A DNA stretch of 64,000 nucleotides from contig CAWGQZ010000067.1 of NCBI GenBank assembly GCA_963824805.1, positions 7,739 through 71,738 on the forward strand. The letters run 5' to 3'. The translations under genes were made by a program, and so were the position numbers. This DNA is from an uncultured Acidobacteriaceae bacterium (GTDB lineage Bacteria; Acidobacteriota; Terriglobia; Terriglobales; Acidobacteriaceae). Below the pieces are notes generated by a model that was given only the letters and a program-made list of their open reading frames with translations, was not told where the DNA came from and ran no database searches. Position 1 is the stretch's first letter. Each line of letters begins with the position of its first letter. This document shows, piece after piece, positions 9,790-19,236 of this stretch.

Positions 9790-11277
9790 ATGTTGAGATG
9801 GGACGTGAATCGCCGGCAATTCCTGAAGATCGCCGCCGGAACCAGTGCCGCCTTGGCCATGCCAACCTTGGGGCAGACCGCCTCCTCCAAAATGATCGGC
9901 ATCCAGGTTGGAGCTATTTCGTTCGTGGATGAAGGCACAGAGAGAGTCCTCGACGTGCTTCAGGAGCGTGCGAGCGTGAATACCTTGTTCCTTGCGGTAT
10001 TCACCTACGGCCGGGGCATCGCCGGAAGACAGATCCCTGGGCAGCCGCTGCCCGATCACGGTAAGCAGGAATACGATCTGAATTTTCACGGCGGAAATTT
10101 CGCTACGCCGCATCCCCAGTATTACAAGAACACAGTCATTAAGGATACCCGCGCTCCCGACCACGGCAACTTGGACATCCTCGCCGAAGTGCTTCCGCCA
10201 GCCAAGAAGCGCGGCCTGAAGGTCGTTTGCTGGCTGGAGGACGTGTTTCGCGCCGATTTGCCGAACATCGAGAAAGTTCAAGAGCGTGATCTCTACGGGC
10301 GGAACGCGGAGACGCTGTGCGTCAACAATCCCGACTACCGGAATTTCTTTACCGGCCTGGTCGAGGACTACACCCGCTCCTACGACATCGACGGAATCAT
10401 GTGGGGATCGGAACGACAGGGCGCACTTTCGGACAGCTTGGGGGCAACGCATGACACTCCCCCCATCGATCCAGGCAATGTCACCTGCTTCTGCGAGTTC
10501 TGCGTTGCCAGGGCTAAGGAGCGCGGCATCAATGCAGAGCGCGCCAAGCAAGGATTTCTGGAATTGGAAAAATTCGTTCGCTCGGCACGCGGCGGAAAAC
10601 GTCCTGTAGACGGCTACTACGTTCAATTCTGGCGGATCCTGTTGCGGTATCCCGAAGTAGCCGCCTGGGAGATGCTATTCACGGATGGTCTCCGAGAGAC
10701 TTACGCTGCAATCTACAAAACGGTAAAGACAGCAAAGCCAGCGATACCGGTGGGCTGGCACATCTGGCACAACAATTCTTTCAACCCCATCTACCGCGCG
10801 GAACAGGATCTGCACGAGCTCTCGAATTATTCCGACTTTATCAAAGTTGTCATGTACAACAACTGCGGCGGCGAGCGCATGGCACTATACGCGGACAATA
10901 TCGGCTCGACGCTTTATGGAGACCTCTCGAAACAGGGCCTGCTCGATATGAACTATTCCCTTATGGGATTGAAAGACGGCCGATACGAGCAGATTCCTCA
11001 CACCGGGCTCTCGTCTGACTACGTGTACCGTGAGACGAAACGCGCCTTGGAGGGAGTTGCCGGCACGAACACCCACATCTTGCCAGGCATCGACATCGAT
11101 ATTCCGACCGAGCCCCACAACAGCAAATCGACACCGCAAAGCGTGAAGGAGGCAGTGCTGGCGGCCTTTCGCGCCGGGGCGCCCGGCGTGCTTCTATCCC
11201 GGAAGTATTCCGAGATGCGGCTGGCCAACCTGAGCGGCGCTGGAGAAGCGATTCGCCAGTTGAAGTTATCTAGCTGA
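9790..11277 (+). CDS. Tat-signal secreted protein, possible TIM-barrel glycoside-hydrolase-like enzyme
   Basis: Twin-arginine signal NRRQFLKIAAGTSAALAMP. 495 aa. An alternating beta/alpha pattern and acidic residues are suggestive of a glycosidase-like fold, but no family was recognised with certainty. Confidence 0.6.
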   Translation: MLRWDVNRRQFLKIAAGTSAALAMPTLGQTASSKMIGIQVGAISFVDEGTERVLDVLQERASVNTLFLAVFTYGRGIAGRQIPGQPLPDHGKQEYDLNFHGGNFATPHPQYYKNTVIKDTRAPDHGNLDILAEVLPPAKKRGLKVVCWLEDVFRADLPNIEKVQERDLYGRNAETLCVNNPDYRNFFTGLVEDYTRSYDIDGIMWGSERQGALSDSLGATHDTPPIDPGNVTCFCEFCVARAKERGINAERAKQGFLELEKFVRSARGGKRPVDGYYVQFWRILLRYPEVAAWEMLFTDGLRETYAAIYKTVKTAKPAIPVGWHIWHNNSFNPIYRAEQDLHELSNYSDFIKVVMYNNCGGERMALYADNIGSTLYGDLSKQGLLDMNYSLMGLKDGRYEQIPHTGLSSDYVYRETKRALEGVAGTNTHILPGIDIDIPTEPHNSKSTPQSVKEAVLAAFRAGAPGVLLSRKYSEMRLANLSGAGEAIRQLKLSS

Positions 11278-11448
11278 GAACAGTTTCGCCGGGGGCGATG
11301 GATGTATCTGTGGCGGTTTCTGCAATCGGTGATGTGAATCTTGACCCTTGGTTTTCCCGGACTTCGGTTGCTGTTTCCTGACCCAACTCCCATTCACTGC
11401 AATTTTCCTCTAGACACCCATTTAAAACTGCGGTCTAATCCTTCCCCC

Positions 11449-12006
11449 ATGGAAACCCTCAATCTGTCGGAATCAACTCCGCGCGGCGACGGGAGGCTAA
11501 AGAGTCTGTTTTGGCCAACCATTCATTCAGCCACGGATGTGGACTCTCTCGGAACGCAGGGATATTGGGTGTGTACGCTGGTGGCCGTCATCTCGACCGC
11601 CTTGCTGCTCGCAATGTCACAACCGATCGCCGCCGTAGCCACTTTCCTGATGTACTACGTCGGTGGCGTGGGAGTTCGCGAGCGCAGTCCTTACGCTGCA
11701 GCAGCCGTCTTGCTGATGAGTCTCGCCGAAATAGTGGCCAGCGGGCCGAGCATTCCGCGGATTATCTTCGCTGCTTTGTTTCTTTCTAATCTTCGGGGCA
11801 CATGGATCGCCGCTGGCTGGAAATCTGATTCCGAAGAAGCAGATTTGCCACCGCGGCTGAATGAAACGCTGGGAGATAAATTGGCCGATCAGTTCCCCAA
11901 GTGGCTGTGGCCGAAGATACGCATCCTCTACTACATCTTTTCGTTTGGGATGCTGGCGTTGGTGGTTGCAGGCTTGATTATTGAGAGTCGAGCCGTCCAA
12001 AAATAA
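11449..12006 (+). CDS. integral membrane hypothetical protein
   Basis: ATG at 11449 (METLNLS...) is followed by about 4 hydrophobic helices. The upstream TTG-initiated extension looks non-coding. Confidence 0.5.
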   Translation: METLNLSESTPRGDGRLKSLFWPTIHSATDVDSLGTQGYWVCTLVAVISTALLLAMSQPIAAVATFLMYYVGGVGVRERSPYAAAAVLLMSLAEIVASGPSIPRIIFAALFLSNLRGTWIAAGWKSDSEEADLPPRLNETLGDKLADQFPKWLWPKIRILYYIFSFGMLALVVAGLIIESRAVQK

Positions 12007-12099
12007 ACCACGAATCAGATGGCGGGATAGTGCGTCCGAATGTGCAAAGAGGGCTCGGATGGCCCACCCATCGGCTGGAGGAAGTAAACCTGCGCACGA

Positions 12100-12926
12100 T
12101 CAGTTCCGCTGATCCGCCTTACGATAGACCCGCAGGTAATCCACCTGCATGGTTTGGGGAAAAACCGTGGTTGCGTCAGGATAGCCAGGCCAGTCACCTC
12201 CGACGGCGAGATTCAGAATCACGAAGAACGGATGGTCATAGACCCACTTCTTGCCGGCCGGTAGTTCTGCCGGCGTACGGGTTGCGTAGAGAGCATCGTC
12301 GACGTAGAAGCGAATTGCTTGTGGCTCCCACTCCAGGGCGAACACGTGGAAGCTGTCGGAGAAGCGTTGGTCCGGCAAAGTGTACGACGAACCGATTCCC
12401 TCCCCGCCTGAATAGCCTGGGCCGTGGATCGTGCCGTGCACCAGGGACGGTTCCTTCCCAATGTTTTCCATGATGTCAATTTCCCCGCAAGCCGGCCAGC
12501 CTGACTTTCTCGATATCGGCGCCGAGCATCCAGAAGGCTGGCCAGATTCCCTGGCCGTAAGGAATCTTGATGCGCGCTTCAAACCGCCCATGGGTTTGGG
12601 AGAACTTGCCCGCGGTCTTCAGGCGCGCGGAAGTGTAGTCCCAGGCTTTCTTGCTGCGCGTCAATGTACTTTTCCTTTCGCGCTGTGATGACCAGATTTC
12701 CGCCGCGGATCGATACGTTTTGGCGGCGGGCGGTGTAGTACTCCGACTCATTGTTGCCCCATTTGCCTCCTCCAATCTCAGATACCCACTTATTCCTGTC
12801 GACCCCGGAACCGTCTTGGCCGTTGAATTCATCGCTCCAGACCAGCGTCCAGCCAGGCCGCGCCGGAACTTGGCAAAAGCTCAGGGTCGCCATGGTCGTC
12901 ATCCATATCAGAACTAGGGCTCGCAT
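12100..12926 (-). pseudogene. glycoside hydrolase family 16 (laminarinase/beta-glucanase-like), split over three frames
   Basis: Signal peptide plus GWTLVWSDEFNG (ORF 12579..13007), YTSARLKTAGKFSQTHGRFEARIKIPYGQGIWPAFWMLG (ORF 12476..12832) and WPACGEIDIMEN...LNLAVGGDWPG (ORF 12100..12591) are consecutive GH16 segments in different frames. AAGGAGAAGG lies before ATG 12926. Confidence 0.75.
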
Positions 12927-13057
12927 CCTTCTCCTTTGTGAACAGGCGCGCTTTCCTGCCGAGTTTAGTTCAATTGGCGATTTGGCAGTACACCATTTCC
13001 ATGTCACGTCACTCGCTAGCGACTTGCCGCCACCTTTAAACTATGTGACAAGTGGAC

Positions 13058-13510
13058 ATGGGCGCAAAGCGAACGGGTACCATTGTTGCCGGACTCCTGG
13101 GCTGTGTAGCACTCCTTTCGATGGCGCAGCAGAAGCCATCGGATTCCGAAAAGATCATACAAATGGAAAAGCGGTGGACCGAGGCTTACAAACAGCGTGA
13201 CGTCGGGATTCTGTCTTCCCTGCTGGCGGAAGACTTCATCATTACCGTCGAGGATGGAAGCACGTACGGGAAGATGGGATACATCAGCCATACCGCGAAT
13301 ACTTCGGTGCGAGTGGAGGTGGCAGAGATGTCCGAACTGAAGGTGCGCATGCACGGCAACGCGGCGATCGTGACTGGGGCGTATCACGAAAAAGGGACAT
13401 CGGATGGAGCTCCCTACGAATATCGCGATCGTTTGACCGACCTATGGATGAAGAGTGGAGGCGCCTGGCAAGTGATCGCGTCGCACTACAGCGTTCCGTT
13501 CAAACAATGA
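13058..13510 (+). CDS. secreted SnoaL-like / DUF4440 (NTF2-fold) protein
   Basis: It has a signal peptide, then EKRWTEAYKQRDVGILSSLLAEDFI...GAWQVIASHYS, which is typical of NTF2-like DUF4440 proteins. Confidence 0.65.
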   Translation: MGAKRTGTIVAGLLGCVALLSMAQQKPSDSEKIIQMEKRWTEAYKQRDVGILSSLLAEDFIITVEDGSTYGKMGYISHTANTSVRVEVAEMSELKVRMHGNAAIVTGAYHEKGTSDGAPYEYRDRLTDLWMKSGGAWQVIASHYSVPFKQ

Positions 13511-13927
13511 CGACGATAGCGGGTTCATCAAGACCCAGGCCTCCGCGTTAATCTCCCCTCGCTGTGAGAGAATTTTCCCTTCGCTGTTTCCTTTGAGATG
13601 AACCCTTCCACTTCGATGCGGCGGCAGAAACCTCCCGTACCAGTGAATTCGGCGGGAACCCGAATTGGTTTCGCCTCTTATTTTCATTCAGCACTATCCG
13701 CAAGATTGGTACGCCTGGGCTGCTCGTGGGGACTGGTCAGGTCCAACTCCATCAATTACAGGCAGCCGAAGAGTCTTTGCATCGGGCGGCCGAGCTCGCA
13801 CAATCCACGAGTCACCGAGCAATGGCAGCAAGTGCGCGGCCAGTTATACGGTGGCGTCTACTCCAGCCGAGCGCTGACCTCTTTAGTTCATAAGGGCCGG
13901 CGGGCTCTCACTATACGGGCGTTGCTG

Positions 13928-14746
13928 TCAGCTTTCTTTTTCATCCAACTCGATATGGGCCCACGGAATCTGGCTGTCGTGAGTGAAGATGGTGAGCCAT
14001 TTTTCCGGAATTGCCCGCGCGTAGTAGCGCTTGCGGTTGTCAATGGTGGCGATCGGCGAGAGGTCGAACGCCATGACCCAGGTTGGATCAAGGTGGGCTC
14101 GGGTGGGAATCAGGTCTGAGATGTAGCAGGCAGTCTTGCCTCCGCTGTGCAAGATCACGGCTTGCATATTTTCGGTGTGACCGGGAAAGATCTCGACCGA
14201 AACTCCGGGGACGATTTCCCGGTTTCCGTTGAGTAGCTCCATCTGACCGTTCTCGACCAAGGGATCGTAGTTCACCGTCATATAACTGATGGCGTCGCGT
14301 TCATGCTGCTGCCGGGCATGGCGCCACTCGCCTTCCTGGGCGTAGTACCTCGCCCGGGGAAAAGTTGGTACTACCTTGTCTCCATTACGGATGGTGTTCC
14401 ATCCACAGTGGTCAAAATGCAAATGCGAATTTATGACGATGTCGACGTCTTCGGGCGCGATGCCGGCAGCAGCGAGATTGTCGAGCAATCGCGCGGGCTG
14501 GTTGTAGATCTTGGCCATCTTTTCCGGCAACTTGTTGCCGATACCGGTTTCAATGAGGATGGTTTTTTCTCCGCTACGCACGACCACGGAATTCAGACCG
14601 GTTGGCACCCGGTTCTTCTCGTCGGCGGGAAGCTTTCTCTCCCACATAACCTTCGGGACCACACCAAAGAAGGCGCCGCCATCCAAATAATAGATGCCGT
14701 CGGAAACCGCGGTTAGCTCAAAATCTCCCAAGGATATTTTCTGCAT
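13928..14746 (-). CDS. MBL-fold metallo-hydrolase (lactonase-like)
   Basis: It carries the HxHxDH motif (NSHLHFDHCGW) and downstream His/Asp ligands. 272 aa. Confidence 0.85.
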   Translation of the reverse strand: MQKISLGDFELTAVSDGIYYLDGGAFFGVVPKVMWERKLPADEKNRVPTGLNSVVVRSGEKTILIETGIGNKLPEKMAKIYNQPARLLDNLAAAGIAPEDVDIVINSHLHFDHCGWNTIRNGDKVVPTFPRARYYAQEGEWRHARQQHERDAISYMTVNYDPLVENGQMELLNGNREIVPGVSVEIFPGHTENMQAVILHSGGKTACYISDLIPTRAHLDPTWVMAFDLSPIATIDNRKRYYARAIPEKWLTIFTHDSQIPWAHIELDEKES

Positions 14747-14922
14747 AAATCAAGTATGCACGATTGCCAATCGGAAAGGATTGAACCAACGCAGATCGAA
14801 TGCTTCTGAATGATATTCCGCTGGATCTGAGTTGTTAGTTCTAAGTTCTCAGTTACTGCTGCTTGTGGTTCATCCTCGTGCAAGACGGGCGGGTAGCAGG
14901 GCAACCCGCATAAAATCTAGTT

Positions 14923-16119
14923 GTGCTGAAGACCCGTCTGGAATTCGTGCCGGCGCTCGATGGGGAGTTCTTCGCCCAGCTTCCAGCGGCTCCGGCTGTA
15001 TTTGAGTTACGCGGAGAAGACGCCGGCTCCGAGCCCTATGTAACCAAGACGGCGAATCTGAAACGCCGGCTGCAGCGCTTACTTGGAGAACCTAAGGAAC
15101 AAAGCAAACGGCTCAACCTGCGTGACCGTGTCCGCTGGGTTGAGTACACCGCAACCGGATCAGACTTCGAGTCAGGATTTCTGCTTTATCGAGTCATGCG
15201 GAAGGCTTTCCCTAAGACCTACGCTGACCGATTGCGCTTCCGTTTCGCGCCGCTGGTCAAGTTGCATCTGGATAACCAGTATCCCCGGGCTTCGATCACG
15301 ACTCGACTGGGCTCCGGAGGGTCCTTATATTACGGTCCTTTTCTCTCGCGCACCGCAGCCGAAAAGTTCGCCAACGATTCGTTGGACTTCTTCAAGATGC
15401 GGCGCTGTGTCGAGGATCTCAAACCTGATCCCCTGTTTCCGGGATGCATATATTCCGAGATGAAAATGTGTCTGGCACCGTGTTTCAATGGCTGCACCGA
15501 TGAAGACTATGCCGACGAGGTGAGTCGGGTGAGGAAGTACTTTGAAAGCAAGGGCGAGTCGCTGGTACGGGAAATCTCTGGTCAGCGGGACCAGGCATCT
15601 GCCAACCTGGAATTTGAAAATGCGGCAGCGCTGCACTCACGGCTGGATAAGCTGCATCCGATTCTGGCCCAGTTGCCCGAAATCGTCCGCCGCATCGACC
15701 ATTTGGATGGACTTATGGTCCAGCCCAGCGCTGATGGGCAATGCGTTTGCTTCCTTCAAATTCAGGGTGGCCGGATATGCGATCCAATTCCCTTTCCTAT
15801 CCAGGCAGCCGAACACGCCAAATCGCAATCTATGGAATCGAGGGTTCAAGCGGCCTTGGAAGGCATTTCCCCAGCCGCCTCAGCCAGTTCGCTGGAAACC
15901 ATGGAGCACCTGGCTTTGCTAAAGCGTTGGTATTACCGGACAAACCGTACTGGAGAGGTGTTCTTCGTTGACGACAAAGGGTCGCTGCCCATGCGACGCG
16001 TAGTGCGGGGTATCGCCCGGGTATACCATGGGGAGAAGGCTCCAGTAGCCCAAACTGCACCAGTTGCGGTGCAAAATGAGCCCGGTTCGTTGTATACTCC
16101 CGAGCGCCCACCGTCTTAG
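14923..16119 (+). CDS. UvrC-like protein (N-terminal half only; degenerate GIY-YIG, Cys-rich region, UVR motif)
   Basis: PAVFELRG...PYVTKTANLKRRLQRLL resembles GIY-YIG. FKMRRCVEDL...GCIYSEMKMCLAPCFNGCTDEDY resembles the UvrC Cys region. NLEFENAAALHSRLDKL resembles the UVR motif. No C-terminal RNase H-like or HhH region is visible in the 398 aa. Confidence 0.6.
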   Translation: MLKTRLEFVPALDGEFFAQLPAAPAVFELRGEDAGSEPYVTKTANLKRRLQRLLGEPKEQSKRLNLRDRVRWVEYTATGSDFESGFLLYRVMRKAFPKTYADRLRFRFAPLVKLHLDNQYPRASITTRLGSGGSLYYGPFLSRTAAEKFANDSLDFFKMRRCVEDLKPDPLFPGCIYSEMKMCLAPCFNGCTDEDYADEVSRVRKYFESKGESLVREISGQRDQASANLEFENAAALHSRLDKLHPILAQLPEIVRRIDHLDGLMVQPSADGQCVCFLQIQGGRICDPIPFPIQAAEHAKSQSMESRVQAALEGISPAASASSLETMEHLALLKRWYYRTNRTGEVFFVDDKGSLPMRRVVRGIARVYHGEKAPVAQTAPVAVQNEPGSLYTPERPPS

Positions 16120-16120
16120 T

Positions 16121-16987
16121 ATGAGTTCCGTCGCACAAATCGAACCTCAACAGTCGGGTATGGGCCGCCGTATGCCGCGTTGCCCGATTGCGGTTCCAGT
16201 GCGCGTAACGGTCGTCAGGGGTGGCGTGCCCAGCGCAATCCCAGGACGGTCACTCGATTTGAGCGAGCGAGGCATCGCCGCCGTGCTGGCGGGAGAAGTC
16301 TCGCCGGGCGATCCCGTCGCAGTTGAGTTCCTTTTGCCGGAGATGGGCCTCGGCTTACACGCTAAAGCGACCGTCCGGCACCACGCGCCTTTGCGCTCCG
16401 GGCTGGAATTTCAGACATTGTCAGTTGAACAGCGCGCCATGATCCGCCGCTGGACCCACCGGGTGTTGACTCCGGAGACCGCGCCTCCGGCGGCGATCAG
16501 TGAAAGTCCGTTCAAGGAGATCTCGCGCAAGGTCACCGCACTTCAATATCTAAATAAGCTGCGGTCTCCGAAAGTGATGGCAACCGCTGCGGGTGCAGTC
16601 GTTCTTCTATTCCTGTTGACTTGGTGGCAATGGCAACGTGGCTGGCGCGAGCTTGAACTGGAGGCGCAGGGCCGGTCGATGGAGAGCAAAATACCAAGAA
16701 TGACCTTGCCGCCAGGGGTGATGGAGCCGTTGCTTATCCATCGAGTCGACCCCGAGCTTCCAGAGGGGTCGAAAAAGGCGGGCGCGGTGCTGATGCGAGT
16801 GGTGATTGGACGAGACGGATCCGTAATCGACCAGCAACCGATCAGTGGCCCAAGTGCGATGCAGCGCGCGGCGATGGATTCAGTCCGCTACTGGCGCTTT
16901 CAACCTTATCGCGTGGAAGGGGCTCCGGTCGAAGTCGAAACCACTCTGGCGGTGGAATTCCAAGAGCAGCCCGCAGATGTCCGCTAG
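16121..16987 (+). CDS. PilZ domain - transmembrane helix - TonB C-terminal domain protein
   Basis: ATG 16121 lies directly after the stop of the preceding gene. PilZ motifs RRMPR (RxxxR) and DLSERG (DxSxxG) are present. A TM helix (AAGAVVLLFLLTWWQW) follows. The C-terminus (PELPEGSKKAGAVLMRVVIGRDGSV...AAMDSVRYWRFQPY) is TonB_C-like. Confidence 0.7.
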   Translation: MSSVAQIEPQQSGMGRRMPRCPIAVPVRVTVVRGGVPSAIPGRSLDLSERGIAAVLAGEVSPGDPVAVEFLLPEMGLGLHAKATVRHHAPLRSGLEFQTLSVEQRAMIRRWTHRVLTPETAPPAAISESPFKEISRKVTALQYLNKLRSPKVMATAAGAVVLLFLLTWWQWQRGWRELELEAQGRSMESKIPRMTLPPGVMEPLLIHRVDPELPEGSKKAGAVLMRVVIGRDGSVIDQQPISGPSAMQRAAMDSVRYWRFQPYRVEGAPVEVETTLAVEFQEQPADVR

Positions 16988-16995
16988 GCAATTAC

Positions 16996-17373
16996 TTAGA
17001 AGTAACTCTTTCTTTGCGGAAGGCATGTAGCAGAATCGCGCTTCCGATAGCCAAAGCTGGCCACTGCTCCTAACGCCATCGTCTGAGCGAATTGCGGGCT
17101 CGGCTGAAGATAATCAGCAAACAACGCTGCCAGGGCAAACAATATCCCCAAAACATTGAGCCATGCCGAATGACGGGCGGTGGGGGTGTGCTCCATTTTT
17201 CGGAGACGAGTTTGCAGCATTACAGCCGCGGCCCCGATGGCCGCGACGACCACGATCGCCAGGGGACTGTAGAACGCCCGGCGGTTGGTGAACATCACTA
17301 CCAGGGCCAGGCTTCCGCACAGCAATGCGGAGGCGATGACGGTCCAGCGGCGATGAAGGGGACGTGGGGCCAT
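16996..17373 (-). CDS. small integral membrane hypothetical protein
   Basis: 125 aa with 3-4 hydrophobic helices. No family recognised. Confidence 0.4.
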   Translation of the reverse strand: MAPRPLHRRWTVIASALLCGSLALVVMFTNRRAFYSPLAIVVVAAIGAAAVMLQTRLRKMEHTPTARHSAWLNVLGILFALAALFADYLQPSPQFAQTMALGAVASFGYRKRDSATCLPQRKSYF

Positions 17374-17507
17374 GGAAGCTGATCGCGCTAAGAAATCTTA
17401 TCTTGCCAGAAGGGTTCCGCGCTAACAGAAAGACGAGCAGGAGGTTGTTGGGTGGACACTCCCGCCCATCGACATAAATAGGCAAAGTGTTCCAGAAACG
17501 GCAAGTC

Positions 17508-17550
17508 ACTTGCCGCCGCGGGCGGGCAGAAGTGCCCGCCCTACATTGGC
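17508..17550 (-). terminator. tandem stem-loops downstream of the aldehyde dehydrogenase gene
   Basis: GGGCGGGCA-gaag-TGCCCGCCC (17529-17550) and CGGCAAG-tca-CTTGCCG (17508-17524). Only a short T-run follows on the minus strand. Confidence 0.4.
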
Positions 17551-17557
17551 ATAATGT

Positions 17558-19064
17558 TTACAGCGCCGCGCAGACGGCCTTTACTTCGGTGTACATCTCG
17601 AGTGCATCACGGCCCATTTCGCGGCCCCATCCCGACTGTTTGTAGCCACCGAAGGGCAATGCCGCGTCGAAGATGTTGTAGCAGTTGATCCACACCGTTC
17701 CGGCACGCATCTTTGCGGCGAGACGGTGGGCCCTTCTGAATGTCTCTGGTCCAAACACCAGCCGCTAGGCCATAGACGGTATCGTTGGCTTGTTGGACCA
17801 AATCGTCCGCATCCTTGAAGGGAATCGCTGTCACAACCGGTCCGAAGATTTCTTCCTGCACAACTTTCATCTTCTCGCTAGTGTTGACCAGCACGGTCGG
17901 TTTGACGAAATAGCCTTTGTCGCCATGACGGCCGCCGCCAACCACAGCCTTGGCTCCTTCGGAGAAACCTGAGTCGAGGTAGCCGCAGACGCGGTTCATC
18001 TGCTCCTCGGAGACCAGCGGACCCATATCAGTCGAGGCATCCATCCCTGACCCGAGGTTGATCTTCTGCGCGCGTTCCGCGACGCCATCGACGACTTTGT
18101 CGAAAATATTCTTTTCGACAAAGAGCCGCGATCCGGCACAGCAGCATTGTCCGTGATTGAAGAAGATGGCGCTGGCCGAACCTGCGATAGCGGCTTCGAC
18201 ATCGACGTCTCCGAAAACCACATTGGGAGACTTGCCGCCCAACTCCAGCGATACTTTCTTTAGATTGCCGGCGGCCGCCTGCAGCACCAGTTTTCCCACT
18301 TCGGTCGATCCGGTAAAAGCGACCTTGTCGACATCTGGATGCGCAGCCAAAGCAGCGCCTGCGGTTTCACCGTATCCCGGGACAATATTGACCACGCCGT
18401 CTGGAATGCCGGCTTCCTGAATCAGTTCACCTAACCGCAGACAGGAGAGCGGGGTTTGCTCGGCAGGCTTCAGCACCACGGTGCATCCGGTGGCCAAGGC
18501 CGGGCCCAGCTTCCAGGCCGCCATCAACAGCGGGAAATTCCAGGGGATGATCTGGCCCACAACTCCAACCGGCTCGCGCAGCGTGTAGGCGAGGTACTTC
18601 GCGCCCGGAGTATAAGGCACAGAAATCGGAATGGTGGTGCCTTCAATCTTGGTAGACCAGCCAGCCATGTAGCGGAACAGATCAACGGCCAGAGGGATGT
18701 CGGCGGCTCGCGCGACCTTCAACGGCTTGCCATTATCGAGTGTCTCGAGGGTGGCGAACTCTTCGAGGTTTTCTTCCAGCAAGTCCGCCAGTTTCCAGAT
18801 GAGGCGGCCCCGTTCGGAGGCAGTCAGCTTCGACCAGGGCCCGGTCTCAAAGGCGGCACGGGCTGCCTTGACGGCACGGTCGATGTCTTCACGATCTCCT
18901 TCGGCAACATGGGCGAGCACCTCGCCGGTAGCCGGATTGAAAGTCGGAAAAGTCTTTCCCGAGGCCGCATCCACCCACTTTCCATTAATCAGCATTTGGT
19001 GTTTGCGGGAAACAAAATCCATCACGCGATTGTCAGGTTCGACTAGCTTCAGCGCGGTTGCCAT
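17558..19064 (-). pseudogene. NAD(P)-dependent aldehyde dehydrogenase, C-terminus displaced by a 1-nt frameshift
   Basis: ORF 17607..19064 is a full ALDH ([15 protein letters not shown], catalytic Cys in [10 protein letters not shown]) up to ...[13 protein letters not shown]. The conserved tail [19 protein letters not shown]...[13 protein letters not shown] continues in ORF 17558..17758. Removing one G from the GGG run (plus-strand CCC 17731-17733) restores DIQKAHRLAAK. Confidence 0.8.
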
Positions 19065-19236
19065 AAGGATCCTCCTAAATAGAGTGCGGAAATCCGCTGC
19101 GAATTGTAGCTCATTTCCTAACCCCGGACCAAGGAAGTTGGTGTCTGGGAACTGCCAGTGGGCTTCGGTTCCTTCCTGCGGTTGGCACAGCGGCCCCCGA
19201 GTTTAGCCTTCCGTCTCAGGATAGCCCGCAGTCAGC

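Noticed and set aside
10746-10775. Sigma-54 -24-like TGGCAC elements (TGGCACATCTGGCAC here; others at about 2354, 14606, 15474, 19183 and 47403) as targets of the FHA-sigma54 activator.
   Set aside because: All lie inside coding regions and lack a properly spaced TTGC -12 element.
13733-13775. SRP (4.5S) RNA-like string CTGGTCAGGTCC...AGGCAGCC in the 417-bp spacer between the DUF4440 and MBL genes.
   Set aside because: The conserved GGAA tetraloop and AGCAGCC symmetric-loop context are missing, replaced by an unrelated 17-nt insert. No flanking helix 5 pairing is visible, so this is probably chance similarity.
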